The position numbers and the translations under genes were made by a program. Shown here piece after piece: positions 1-8,277 of a DNA stretch of 28,544 bases (position 1 is the stretch's first letter; each line of letters opens with the position of its first letter). The stretch comes from Candidatus Methylomirabilis sp. (lineage in GTDB: Bacteria > Methylomirabilota > Methylomirabilia > Methylomirabilales > Methylomirabilaceae), in NCBI GenBank assembly GCA_041498975.1, contig JBGQJI010000018.1:1-28544 (forward strand). The letters run 5' to 3'. Under the pieces are notes generated by a model. That model was not told the DNA's origin. It saw only the letters and a program-made list of their open reading frames with translations, and did no database searches.

Positions 1-1179
1 GCCTGGACCATGCCGATCAAGGCCAGGACCGACATGCTGAGCACTGGAATCCGAACCCCCGTCGGCATCAAGGTGTTGGGGCCCAAGCTGGAAACGATCC
101 AGGGCATCGGCTTGGAGATCGAGACGGCACTCAAACATGTCCCAGGCACCCGGAATGTCTTTGCCGAGCGAGTGGCGGGGGGCTACTACCTCGACTTCGA
201 GATCAAGCGTGACGAAATCGCCCGGTATGGCCTCACCGTGGCTGATGTGGAGGATGTGATCGAGACGGCCATCGGCGGCAGCAACGTGACCACCACCGTC
301 GAGGGGCGCGAGCGATTCCCGGTCAACGTCAGGTACTTCCGCGGGCTCCGCGACAGCATGGACGGGCTCAAGCGCGTCCTGGTCTCGACGCCGATGGGCG
401 CCCAGATTCCGATTACCCAGCTTGTCGATCTCAGGCTGTCGAGTGGCACCACCCTGATCCGGAGCGAGGCGGGCGAGCTCGTCGGCTACGTCTATGTCGA
501 TGTCGCGGATCGGGATATCGGCGGCTATGTCGCTGAGGCACAGCGGGTCGTCGCCGAGAAGGTCAAAGTGCCCCAGGGGTATCACCTGATCTGGAGCGGG
601 CAGTTCGAGTATATGGAACGCGCCAAGGAGCGCCTGAAGCTTGTCATCCCGCTCACCCTCCTGATCGTCTTTGTCCTCCTCTATTTCAGCACGGGGAGCG
701 TCACCAAGGTGTTCATCGTCCTGCTCGCGGTGCCCTTCTCTCTCATCGGCGCCTTCTGGCTCATCTATCTGCTCGGATACAACCTCAGCGTAGCGGTCTG
801 GGTCGGGATCATCGCCCTGGCCGGCGTCGATGCCGAAACGGGGGTCATCATGCTCCTCTATCTCGACCATGCGTACGAGAAATGGCGCAACGCGGGGCGC
901 ATGCGCACGATGGAAGACCTCCAAGAGGCGATCAGCGAGGGGGCGGTGAAGCGGATCCGCCCGAAGATGATGACTGTCATGGCGATCCTGATGGGGTTGC
1001 TCCCGATCATGTGGAGCCACGGCGCCGGGGCCGACGTGATGAAGCGGATCGCTGCCCCCATGATCGGGGGGGTCGTCACGTCGTTCATTCTCGAGCTGAT
1101 CGTGTACCCGGTGATCTTCGAGGTGTGGAGGGGCCGACAGATCCGGAGGCATATCGCGAATGAGGGGCAGGCTCGCTGA
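1..1179 (+). CDS. cusA: CusA/CzcA-family heavy-metal efflux RND permease, C-terminal part (5' end outside window)
   Basis: Frame is open from base 1 (AWTMPIKARTDMLSTGIRTPVGIK). DMLSTG contains the Met equivalent to a CusA Cu(I)/Ag(I) ligand; also WSGQFEY, GIIALAGVDAETG and RIRPKMMT with C-terminal TM helices. Confidence 0.93.
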   Translation, partial: AWTMPIKARTDMLSTGIRTPVGIKVLGPKLETIQGIGLEIETALKHVPGTRNVFAERVAGGYYLDFEIKRDEIARYGLTVADVEDVIETAIGGSNVTTTVEGRERFPVNVRYFRGLRDSMDGLKRVLVSTPMGAQIPITQLVDLRLSSGTTLIRSEAGELVGYVYVDVADRDIGGYVAEAQRVVAEKVKVPQGYHLIWSGQFEYMERAKERLKLVIPLTLLIVFVLLYFSTGSVTKVFIVLLAVPFSLIGAFWLIYLLGYNLSVAVWVGIIALAGVDAETGVIMLLYLDHAYEKWRNAGRMRTMEDLQEAISEGAVKRIRPKMMTVMAILMGLLPIMWSHGAGADVMKRIAAPMIGGVVTSFILELIVYPVIFEVWRGRQIRRHIANEGQAR

Positions 1180-1252
1180 CCGTATCGGGAGACCGACCCC
1201 TGGCCAGGCTCTCGGACGCGCAGCCCATGAAGTGCAATGGCATGGTGATTCG

Positions 1253-1338
1253 TTGTCCCTTTGGGGCATGGCTGTCCCCGGGTCCATTTCTTTAATTTTC
1301 AATTGGTTAGCGAATTCGGTCGGCCTAAGAGTGGGGCA
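1253..1338 (+). promoter_or_regulatory. Putative upstream activating region A (enhancer-binding-protein sites plus IHF-like site)
   Basis: TTGTCCCTTTGGGGCA (1253-1268, imperfect dyad), TTTTCAATTGGTTAG (1296-1310) and AGTGGGGCA (1330-1338). All three recur in the same order and at near-identical spacing at 8004-8091. Confidence 0.6.
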
Positions 1339-1416
1339 CCGCTTTCCACCCTTATACCAGAAGGGCGTAAGCCGAAGCAACCGCTGATCGAGCTGTGATG
1401 GCGTGAAACGCAAGGA

Positions 1417-1429
1417 AATCAGAGGGTTA
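1417..1429 (+). promoter_or_regulatory. IHF-like binding site
   Basis: AATCAGAGGGTTA, 1 mismatch to WATCAANNNNTTR, 52 bp upstream of the -24 GG. Confidence 0.5.
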
Positions 1430-1466
1430 GGTCAAGCAATTCACTGCCGCTTGTGTCCTGTGGCCG

Positions 1467-1483
1467 TTGGCACTAGCGTTGCT
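1467..1483 (+). promoter_or_regulatory. sigma54 (RpoN) -24/-12 promoter A
   Basis: TTGGCAC-TAGCG-TTGCT; GG at 1469-70, N10, GC at 1481-82; intergenic, upstream of the cupredoxin gene. Confidence 0.8.
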
Positions 1484-1607
1484 CTCTAAAGAGCTGGCGG
1501 GCTGGGGTATGGCCGACATAAGCGATCGTTATCTCGCCCAAGCCGGACCCAGAACCCATGGGTCGGGCCGAGGTCACACGGACTATCAGGCAAAGGAGAT
1601 GATGAAG

Positions 1608-1958
1608 ATGAAGACGAAGGCAGCTGGCCTGCATCTTGTGACCGCGTTGCTGGTGCTTGGTGTAACTCTGATAGCTGGTAAGTCGGCGGCGGCCACCATC
1701 GTGAAGGTTGAGGAGTGTTCCATAAGCCCCGAAGAGGTAACCGTTCAGCGAGGCGAGCAGGTCATCTGGAAGGCTATGGGCGTAGCCAAACCAGAGTTTG
1801 AGTTCACGCCGACCGCGGAAGGCGTTCGCCTGAGCATTACCGAACAGGGAGACTTTGCCGCAACCTTCAAGGTCCCGGGAGAGTACCGCTATCACATGCA
1901 TATCCCGAAGGGGGGCCTGTCGGACCCTTGCACCCGTGGGAAGATCACAGTCAGATAG
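1608..1958 (+). CDS. Exported cupredoxin-fold protein with non-canonical metal ligands
   Basis: RBS AAGGAG at 1593-98, ATG 1608 (1599/1602 are alternatives). Signal peptide ending SAAA; SPEEVTVQRGEQVIW and FKVPGEYRY...GKITVR are plastocyanin-like strands. Confidence 0.72.
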   Translation: MKTKAAGLHLVTALLVLGVTLIAGKSAAATIVKVEECSISPEEVTVQRGEQVIWKAMGVAKPEFEFTPTAEGVRLSITEQGDFAATFKVPGEYRYHMHIPKGGLSDPCTRGKITVR

Positions 1959-2191
1959 CGACGGAATGACTCCGCTCCATGGCGTTTTGCCTGCGCCAGG
2001 CATCTCTCACGAAGACCGACAGGGCAGCGAAAGGAACGGCGCGAGCGCTGCCGATTCCTTGAAGCCACGGCCGACTGAGACGTTGTCGTGGCCGTGAGGC
2101 GAGGGGCTCTGCGACCGGCGTGGATCCGACACCGAGCAGTAGATGGGGAACCCTGCCGGCAGCAACCCGCATCTTCAGGAGGAGGAACGAT

Positions 2192-2497
2192 ATGCGAGCC
2201 AGCAGGAAAATTCTCCCCGCAGTCATCGTCATAGCGCTTATGGCGACGACCCTCGGTCTCGTCGCCCCATTCGCTAGGGCGATTGATGTCACTCGGATTG
2301 TCCGGGAGGGACAGCTCCTCGAGATGAGCTTTACCGAAATCACCGTGCACGAAGAGGATGGGAAGTATACCTATCAACTTGGCCCAACCGGTCGCTGGAC
2401 GTTGGATGCGTTGGGGATCGTTCCGGGCGACAGGATCCGCTACACTGTGTACGGGAGCTCGGGGTACGCTCACGACTTCCAGAAGCTGAGCAAGTGA
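2192..2497 (+). CDS. Small exported hypothetical protein (possible OB-like beta-barrel)
   Basis: Strong RBS AGGAGGAGG before ATG 2192; signal peptide ending ARA; beta-rich mature part with IVPGDRIRYTV. Confidence 0.7.
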   Translation: MRASRKILPAVIVIALMATTLGLVAPFARAIDVTRIVREGQLLEMSFTEITVHEEDGKYTYQLGPTGRWTLDALGIVPGDRIRYTVYGSSGYAHDFQKLSK

Positions 2498-2605
2498 GGC
2501 GGCCCGCCCTGGGGACAATGAAATCGGTAAGAGATACGAGGCAGGTAGTATAGCAGCATTGCGCATGCATCGGTTCGAATGCGTCACAGGCAAATGACCA
2601 ACAAC

Positions 2606-2640
2606 CCGAGCCTCGCTGGCAGCACGCCGTCGGGGCTCGG
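2606..2640. terminator. GC-rich stem-loop, possible terminator
   Basis: CCGAGCCTCG (2606-15) pairs with CGGGGCTCGG (2631-40) with one G-U, plus an inner stem; no clear U tract on the + strand. Confidence 0.3.
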
Positions 2641-2915
2641 TATGCCTCTGCTGGGCAGGGTTTCATCGTTCACACGATGGGCGGCGAGCAGTGATCCATG
2701 AACGGTGATGGGAAAGGGTGTCATCTCAGGCGTAGCCGTAGCATTGTTCGAATTGCCTTCGCTCTGCTGTAGAATGTGCGCCATGGGCGGGCTCTTTTGA
2801 TCCCCGCTTAGGGGAACATCTGAACGGTCGAGAAAGAGCGGCGTCAGCATCAAGAGGTATCTGTCGGAAGCCCTCATTGGTATCGAGTGAGGAGGTACTG
2901 GACAGGAGAAATGAC

Positions 2916-4664
2916 ATGACCGAAACCCAACAACCCGATCCCGCGGTCGACAGCGCTACCAATATCGACCGCCTCTTTCGTGCAAGGTTGGGACGCCTCA
3001 CCCTGGGCGTGTCGCCGACTGGGCTGATGCTTGCCTACCTCGACTGGCTGGTGCACCTGACCCTGGCTCCTGGCAAACAGCAGGAGCTCGTCAGAAACAT
3101 GCTGCGCAAGGCGTTCCGGTTCGGTTTCTACACCGCCCGGGCCGCTACCGACCCGACCACCCCACCCGCCATCGAACCGCTCCCCCAGGATCACCGCTTT
3201 GCCAGCGCAGAGTGGAGCCGCTGGCCGTTTAACCTCTACTACGAGTCCTTCCTCCTCTTAGAGCAGTGGTGGCATAGCGCGACCACCGGGGTGCATGGAG
3301 TCTCCCGCCACGCAGAGGATGTCGTGTCGTTTGTCTCGCGCCAGCTTCTCGATCTCTTTGCGCCGGCGAACTTTCCGATGACCAATCCCGAGATCTTGCA
3401 GGCCACGATCGAGCAGGGCGGGACCAATCTGATTCGCGGCGCGATTAACCTCATCGAGGACTGGGAACGCGCTATCTCAAGGCAGAAGCCCGTGGGGACC
3501 GAGGCGTTCAAGGTGGGGGAGACGGTGGCGAACACTCCCGGCAAGGTGATTTATCGCAACCAGCTCATCGAGCTCATCCAGTATGAGCCGACGACCGAGA
3601 CCGTCTACGCCGAGCCGATCCTGATCGTGCCCGCCTGGATCATGAAGTACTACATCCTTGATCTCTCTCCCAACAACTCGCTCGTCAAGTATCTGGTCGA
3701 TCGGGGGCACACGGTCTTTATGATCTCCTGGAAAAATCCGGGGCCGGAAGAGCGCGATCTCGGCATGGAGGACTACCGCACCATCGGCATCATGGAGGCG
3801 CTACGGGCGATCTCTGGAATCCTCCCTGAGCGCAAGGTCCGCGCGGCGGGATACTGCCTCGGCGGGACGCTCCTCTCGATCGCGGCTGCAGCCATGGCCC
3901 GGGATGGCGATGACCGCCTCAATAGCGTGACCCTCTTGGCAGCGGAGACCGACTTCACAGAGGCGGGCGAGCTGATGCTCTTCATCGACGAGACCCAGGT
4001 CACCTATCTGGAAGATATCATGTGGGATCAGGGCTACCTGGACACGAAGCAGACGGCGGGCGCCTTCCAGATCTTGCGCTCCAACGACCTGATCTGGTCG
4101 CGCATGGTGCACGACTATCTGCTGGGCCAGCGGGAGCCGATGACCGACCTGATGGCCTGGAACGCCGACGCTACCCGCATGCCCTATCGGATGCACTCCG
4201 AGTATCTGCGAAGCCTCTTTCTCAACAACGATCTGGCCGAGGGACGGTACAAGGTTGGGGGCCATCCGGTCACCCTTGCTGATATCCGCGCGCCCATCTT
4301 CGCGGTGGGCACCGTGAGAGACCATGTAGCGCCCTGGCGCTCGGTCTTCAAGATCCATCTGTTCGCCGACACCGACGTCACCTTTGTCCTGACCACCGGC
4401 GGCCACAATGCCGGGATCGTGAGCGAGCCGGGCCATCCGAAGCGGAGCTACCAGATGGCGACCCATAAAGAGGGCGAGAAACATCCCGATCCCGAAACCT
4501 GGCAGGCTGTCACACCCCAACATGAAGGGTCCTGGTGGCTGGCGTGGGAGCGCTGGTTGGCGGAACATTCGAGCGAACGGGTGGCGCCCCCGCCGATGGG
4601 TGCGCCCGACCGGGGCTTTCCGCCGCTTGAGGACGCGCCGGGAAGCTATGTCCTGCAGGAGTAG
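2916..4664 (+). CDS. phaC: Class I-type polyhydroxyalkanoate synthase
   Basis: RBS AGGAGA then ATG 2916. Motifs TPGKVIYRNQLIELIQY, PAWIMKYYILDL, lipase box GYCLGG, WNAD, DHVAPW, GGHNAGIV and GSWW. Confidence 0.95.
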   Translation: MTETQQPDPAVDSATNIDRLFRARLGRLTLGVSPTGLMLAYLDWLVHLTLAPGKQQELVRNMLRKAFRFGFYTARAATDPTTPPAIEPLPQDHRFASAEWSRWPFNLYYESFLLLEQWWHSATTGVHGVSRHAEDVVSFVSRQLLDLFAPANFPMTNPEILQATIEQGGTNLIRGAINLIEDWERAISRQKPVGTEAFKVGETVANTPGKVIYRNQLIELIQYEPTTETVYAEPILIVPAWIMKYYILDLSPNNSLVKYLVDRGHTVFMISWKNPGPEERDLGMEDYRTIGIMEALRAISGILPERKVRAAGYCLGGTLLSIAAAAMARDGDDRLNSVTLLAAETDFTEAGELMLFIDETQVTYLEDIMWDQGYLDTKQTAGAFQILRSNDLIWSRMVHDYLLGQREPMTDLMAWNADATRMPYRMHSEYLRSLFLNNDLAEGRYKVGGHPVTLADIRAPIFAVGTVRDHVAPWRSVFKIHLFADTDVTFVLTTGGHNAGIVSEPGHPKRSYQMATHKEGEKHPDPETWQAVTPQHEGSWWLAWERWLAEHSSERVAPPPMGAPDRGFPPLEDAPGSYVLQE

Positions 4665-4669
4665 GAGCC

Positions 4670-5032
4670 ACGGAGGGGGGCTGTCTGCTGACGGTGACCT
4701 TTTACGGTTCTGAGAAGGTGGTTGAGCATTACAATCTCATGGGACCGGTCAAGGCAGCCCTTGAAAGCGCGGTTCGCTATCTGGCCGCTGAACTCGGCTC
4801 CAAGGGGATCAGGGTCCACGCGATCTCACCCGGCCCATTAAAGACCCGGGCGGCTTCCGGGATCGACCGATTCGATGAACTCCTCGAACGGGCTGCTGCA
4901 CGAGCGCTCAAACACCACCTTGTCAGCATTGAAGATGTCGGGGCCCTGGCGGCTTTCTTGGTGGGCGACTGGGCCAAATCATTGACCGGTAACACGACCT
5001 ACGTCGATGCGGGCTACCACATCGTCGGCTAA
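4670..5032 (+). pseudogene. fabI: Enoyl-ACP reductase (FabI-type) C-terminal half only; N-terminal Rossmann region missing
   Basis: TEGGCLLTVTFYGSEKVVEHYNLMGPVKAALE (catalytic Y-x6-K), ISPGPLKTRAASGI and TGNTTYVDAG. Similarity begins about 5 nt after the phaC stop, leaving no room for the N-terminal half. Confidence 0.85.
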
Positions 5033-5059
5033 CGCGGATGCCTCCGGAGGAACCGCTCT

Positions 5060-6454
5060 ATGGAATACATCGAGAACCGAACCTTCGATGAAATAAGCGT
5101 CGGCGATTCAGCCAGCCTGAGCCGCACGCTGACAATGGATGACATCAACCTCTTCGCATTCATGTCAGGCGACGTCAATCCCGCTCATGTGGATGCGCAA
5201 TATGCCAAGAGCGACATGTTCCACAAGATCATCGCCCATGGCATGTGGGGTGGATCTCTGATCTCCACCCTGCTTGGCACCAAGCTCCCCGGCCCCGGCA
5301 CGATTTATCTCGGTCAAACGCTGGATTTCAGAAGGCCAGTCGCCCTAGGGGACACCATCACGGTCTCCGTCACTGCCACCGCCAAGGACCAGGAAAAGCA
5401 CCGGGTCACCTTCGATTGTCGATGCGTCAATCAACAGGGCGAGGTGGTCATCAGCGGCAGCGCGGAGGTGCTCGCCCCGACGGAGAAGGTAAAACGTCCA
5501 CGCATCATCCTCCCGGCGGTCCACATGCACGACCGAGGGGCACGGTACCAGCAACTGATCGCCCGTACCAAAGGGTTGGATCCGATCCGCACGGCGGTCG
5601 TGCATCCGGTTGACAGGAACTCGCTTCTTGGCGCGATCGACGCGGCTGAGGCCGATCTGATCATTCCGGTTCTAGTTGGCCCCGAAGCCAAGATCCGCGC
5701 GGTTGCCGAATCTGAGGGTGTGGACCTCTCGCCGTACACGGTGGTTCCGACGAGGCATAGCCATGAGGCTGCCGCCAAGGCCGTGGCCATGGCGCGTGCA
5801 GGCGAGGTCGAGGCATTGATGAAGGGGAGCCTGCACACCGACGAGCTCATGCATGAGGTGATTGCAAAGGAGACCGGCCTCGGGACGGCCCGTCGGATCA
5901 GCCATGTCTTTGTGATGGATGTCCCCACCTACCCGCGGCCGCTGTTCATCACAGATGCCGCCATCAACATCTATCCCGACCTGGATGATAAGCGCGACAT
6001 CGTCCAAAACGCCATCGACCTGGCCCTCGTCCTAGGATATGAAAACCCGAAGGTCGCGATCCTGTCGGCCGTTGAAACGGTGAGCGCGAAGCTTCGGTCC
6101 ACCATCGAGGCTGCGGCCCTCTGCAAGATGGCGGATCGCAGGCAGATCACCGGGGGAGTCGTTGACGGCCCGCTTGCGTTTGATAACGCCGTGTCAGAGG
6201 AGGCTGCGAAGGTCAAGGGGATCGTTTCGCCGGTCGCCGGAAGGGCCGACATCCTGGTGGTCCCGGACCTCGAATCGGGCAATATGCTGGCAAAGCAGCT
6301 GGAATACCTGGCCGAGGCGCAGTCCGCGGGCATCGTCCTCGGCGCGCGCGTCCCGATTGTGCTGACGAGCCGCGCGGACAAGACCATCAGCCGGATGGCC
6401 TCCTGCGCGATTGCCCTGCTGCTGGCGCGTTATAAGAGGACAACGGCGATATGA
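5060..6454 (+). CDS. Bifunctional MaoC/PhaJ-type (R)-enoyl-CoA hydratase - phosphate acetyl/butyryltransferase
   Basis: N-terminal hydratase motifs SGDVNPAH, IAHGMW and LPGPGTIY; C-terminal Pta/Ptb motifs LMKGSLHTD, TDAAINI, DGPLAFDNA, PDLESGNMLAK and LTSRAD. Confidence 0.93.
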   Translation: MEYIENRTFDEISVGDSASLSRTLTMDDINLFAFMSGDVNPAHVDAQYAKSDMFHKIIAHGMWGGSLISTLLGTKLPGPGTIYLGQTLDFRRPVALGDTITVSVTATAKDQEKHRVTFDCRCVNQQGEVVISGSAEVLAPTEKVKRPRIILPAVHMHDRGARYQQLIARTKGLDPIRTAVVHPVDRNSLLGAIDAAEADLIIPVLVGPEAKIRAVAESEGVDLSPYTVVPTRHSHEAAAKAVAMARAGEVEALMKGSLHTDELMHEVIAKETGLGTARRISHVFVMDVPTYPRPLFITDAAINIYPDLDDKRDIVQNAIDLALVLGYENPKVAILSAVETVSAKLRSTIEAAALCKMADRRQITGGVVDGPLAFDNAVSEEAAKVKGIVSPVAGRADILVVPDLESGNMLAKQLEYLAEAQSAGIVLGARVPIVLTSRADKTISRMASCAIALLLARYKRTTAI

Positions 6455-7683
6455 CCGAGGTCATCCTGGTGCTCAATGCCGGCTCGTCGAGCATCAAATT
6501 CTCCATTTTTGCGCTTGAGGGCGAGCAGCGATCGCTTGCTCTCGTCTACCGTGGGGAGGTCGAAGGGATCGGCGCCCAGCCACGCTTTGTTGTGAGCGAT
6601 TCTACGGGCAAGCACCTGGCGGAGGAGCGTGTCAGGTCAAGAGCCGCAGGCGATCTCAACCACGAAGATGCCCTTGCGGTCTTGCTGGGTTGGATCGATG
6701 GCCATGCTGCTGGATTGGCCATCATGGCGGCGGGTCACCGCGTGGTCCACGGTGGCGTGCTATTTTCGGCACCCGTGCTGATCGAATCGGCAGTGATCAG
6801 CCGATTAGAGAAGCTCGTTCCGCTGGCCCCGTTACACCAACCGCATAACATCGCCGCCATCAAGGCCCTGGTCAAGATGAAGCCGGAGCTACCGCAGGTG
6901 GCCTGTTTCGATACCGCATTCCATCGGACGCAGGGGCCGGTCGCCCAGGCATTCGCGTTGCCACGTGCCTTGTCAGAGGCGGGGATGAAGCGCTACGGCT
7001 TTCATGGGCTTTCCTACGAATACATCGCCCACGCCCTGCCCGGAGTCGCCGGCCCTGCGGCCGATGGTCGGGCTGTGGTCGCCCATCTGGGGAATGGGGC
7101 CAGCATGTGCGCCATGAAAGGTCGCAAGAGCATCGCCACAACCATGGGGTTTACCGCTCTCGAAGGCCTGCCGATGGGGACACGCTGCGGTGCCATTGAC
7201 CCGGGGGTCATCCTCTACCTGATGAGCGAGCAGGGGATGGACGTCGCGGCGGTGACGGACCTGTTGTACCACAGGTCGGGCCTTCTCGGCGTCTCTGGAA
7301 TCAGCAGCGACATGCGCGAACTGCTGGAAAGTCGCGAACCGCGCGCTGCTGAAGCGGTTGACCTCTTCGTGTACCGGATTGGGCGGGAGCTGGGATCCCT
7401 TGTCGCGTCTCTCGGAGGACTCGACGTTCTTGTCTTCACCGCCGGCATTGGGGAGCACGCCTCCGCGATCAGGGCGAGGGTCTGCGAAGACGCGAAGTGG
7501 CTGGGAGTTCGTCTTGATGAGGCAGCCAACCTCAGAGGAGGACCGAGGATCACCCGAGACGACAGCGCTGTTTCGGTCTGGGTGATCCCGACCGACGAGG
7601 AGCTGATGATTGCGCGGCACACGATCACGTGTTTGCAGCAGGCACCATCTTCCCGAGAGGTTGAACGGACGACATCATTGTAG
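6451..7683 (+). CDS. ackA: Acetate/propionate kinase
   Basis: LVLNAGSSSIKF, GHRVVHGG, APLHQP, FDTAFH, RYGFHGLSY, HLGNGAS, FTAGIGE and PTDEELMIA; ATGA overlap with the upstream gene. Confidence 0.96.
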   Translation: MTEVILVLNAGSSSIKFSIFALEGEQRSLALVYRGEVEGIGAQPRFVVSDSTGKHLAEERVRSRAAGDLNHEDALAVLLGWIDGHAAGLAIMAAGHRVVHGGVLFSAPVLIESAVISRLEKLVPLAPLHQPHNIAAIKALVKMKPELPQVACFDTAFHRTQGPVAQAFALPRALSEAGMKRYGFHGLSYEYIAHALPGVAGPAADGRAVVAHLGNGASMCAMKGRKSIATTMGFTALEGLPMGTRCGAIDPGVILYLMSEQGMDVAAVTDLLYHRSGLLGVSGISSDMRELLESREPRAAEAVDLFVYRIGRELGSLVASLGGLDVLVFTAGIGEHASAIRARVCEDAKWLGVRLDEAANLRGGPRITRDDSAVSVWVIPTDEELMIARHTITCLQQAPSSREVERTTSL

Positions 7684-8003
7684 ATGGGGTGAGCATGATG
7701 TGATAGCGCCATTGTCCGGGGTTCATCGTCTTGTTGTGCGCTGCACCGCCCGCCTTGCTCGCTTCCATCATGCACCTCTATGAACCGAGGCCTCCCCCTT
7801 CCGGCACGTACACCGCAGCGATTTGATGAAGTCCGCGATCCTACAGGCAGGCTTGGTGGCCCCGTGCATATCTCTGATACGTCACGTCGGCGCCGCGTGC
7901 CCTATGATCGGGACAACCTGGCCCGGACGCGCGCCCATTTCACCAATCCTGGGGGGGATTGGTACGACCAGCGACCGGCGGCATTGCATTCTGCAGGGAC
8001 ATC

Positions 8004-8091
8004 TTGTCTCTCAGTGGGGCACGCCTGTCACAGAATCCCTTTCGTTAGTTTTCAATCGGTTAGTCGTCTTGCTGCATTTCGAAGTGGGGCA
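8004..8091 (+). promoter_or_regulatory. Putative upstream activating region B, homologous to region A
   Basis: TTGTCTCTCAGTGGGGCA from 8004, TTTTCAATCGGTTAG (8049-63) and AGTGGGGCA (8083-91). Confidence 0.6.
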
Positions 8092-8110
8092 GCCCTTCCC
8101 TGACTGACTA

Positions 8111-8152
8111 GGAGACCCCGGTCTTTCCTGCCGCTGGTTGGTCGGGGTCTCC
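8111..8152. repeat. Perfect 10-bp inverted repeat
   Basis: GGAGACCCCG (8111-20) and CGGGGTCTCC (8143-52). Confidence 0.6.
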
Positions 8153-8217
8153 GCGTGAAAGCTAATGGATTCACAGAATTAGGCCGGCAATCGCGGCCTG
8201 TACGCGCCATCGGATCG

Positions 8218-8234
8218 TTGGCACCGGCATTGCT
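8218..8234 (+). promoter_or_regulatory. sigma54 -24/-12 promoter B
   Basis: TTGGCAC-CGGCA-TTGCT; GG 8220-21, N10, GC 8232-33; IHF-like ATTCACAGAATTA at 8169 (51 bp upstream, 2 mismatches). Confidence 0.82.
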
Positions 8235-8277
8235 TTCCGAGGGGAACCAACGAGGGGTTTAAGGGAGACCCGGCACG

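Noticed and set aside
2745..2775. sigma70 promoter for phaC (TTCGAA-N17-TAGAAT) and an FNR half-site TTGAT near 2797
   Set aside because: The -35 is poor and the second FNR half-site (ATCAA) is missing.
7780..8107. ORFs 7780-8103 and 7823-8107, and similarly 1160-1387 and 14210-14425
   Set aside because: No RBS or protein features; they overlap the conserved regulatory blocks, which explain the sequence better.
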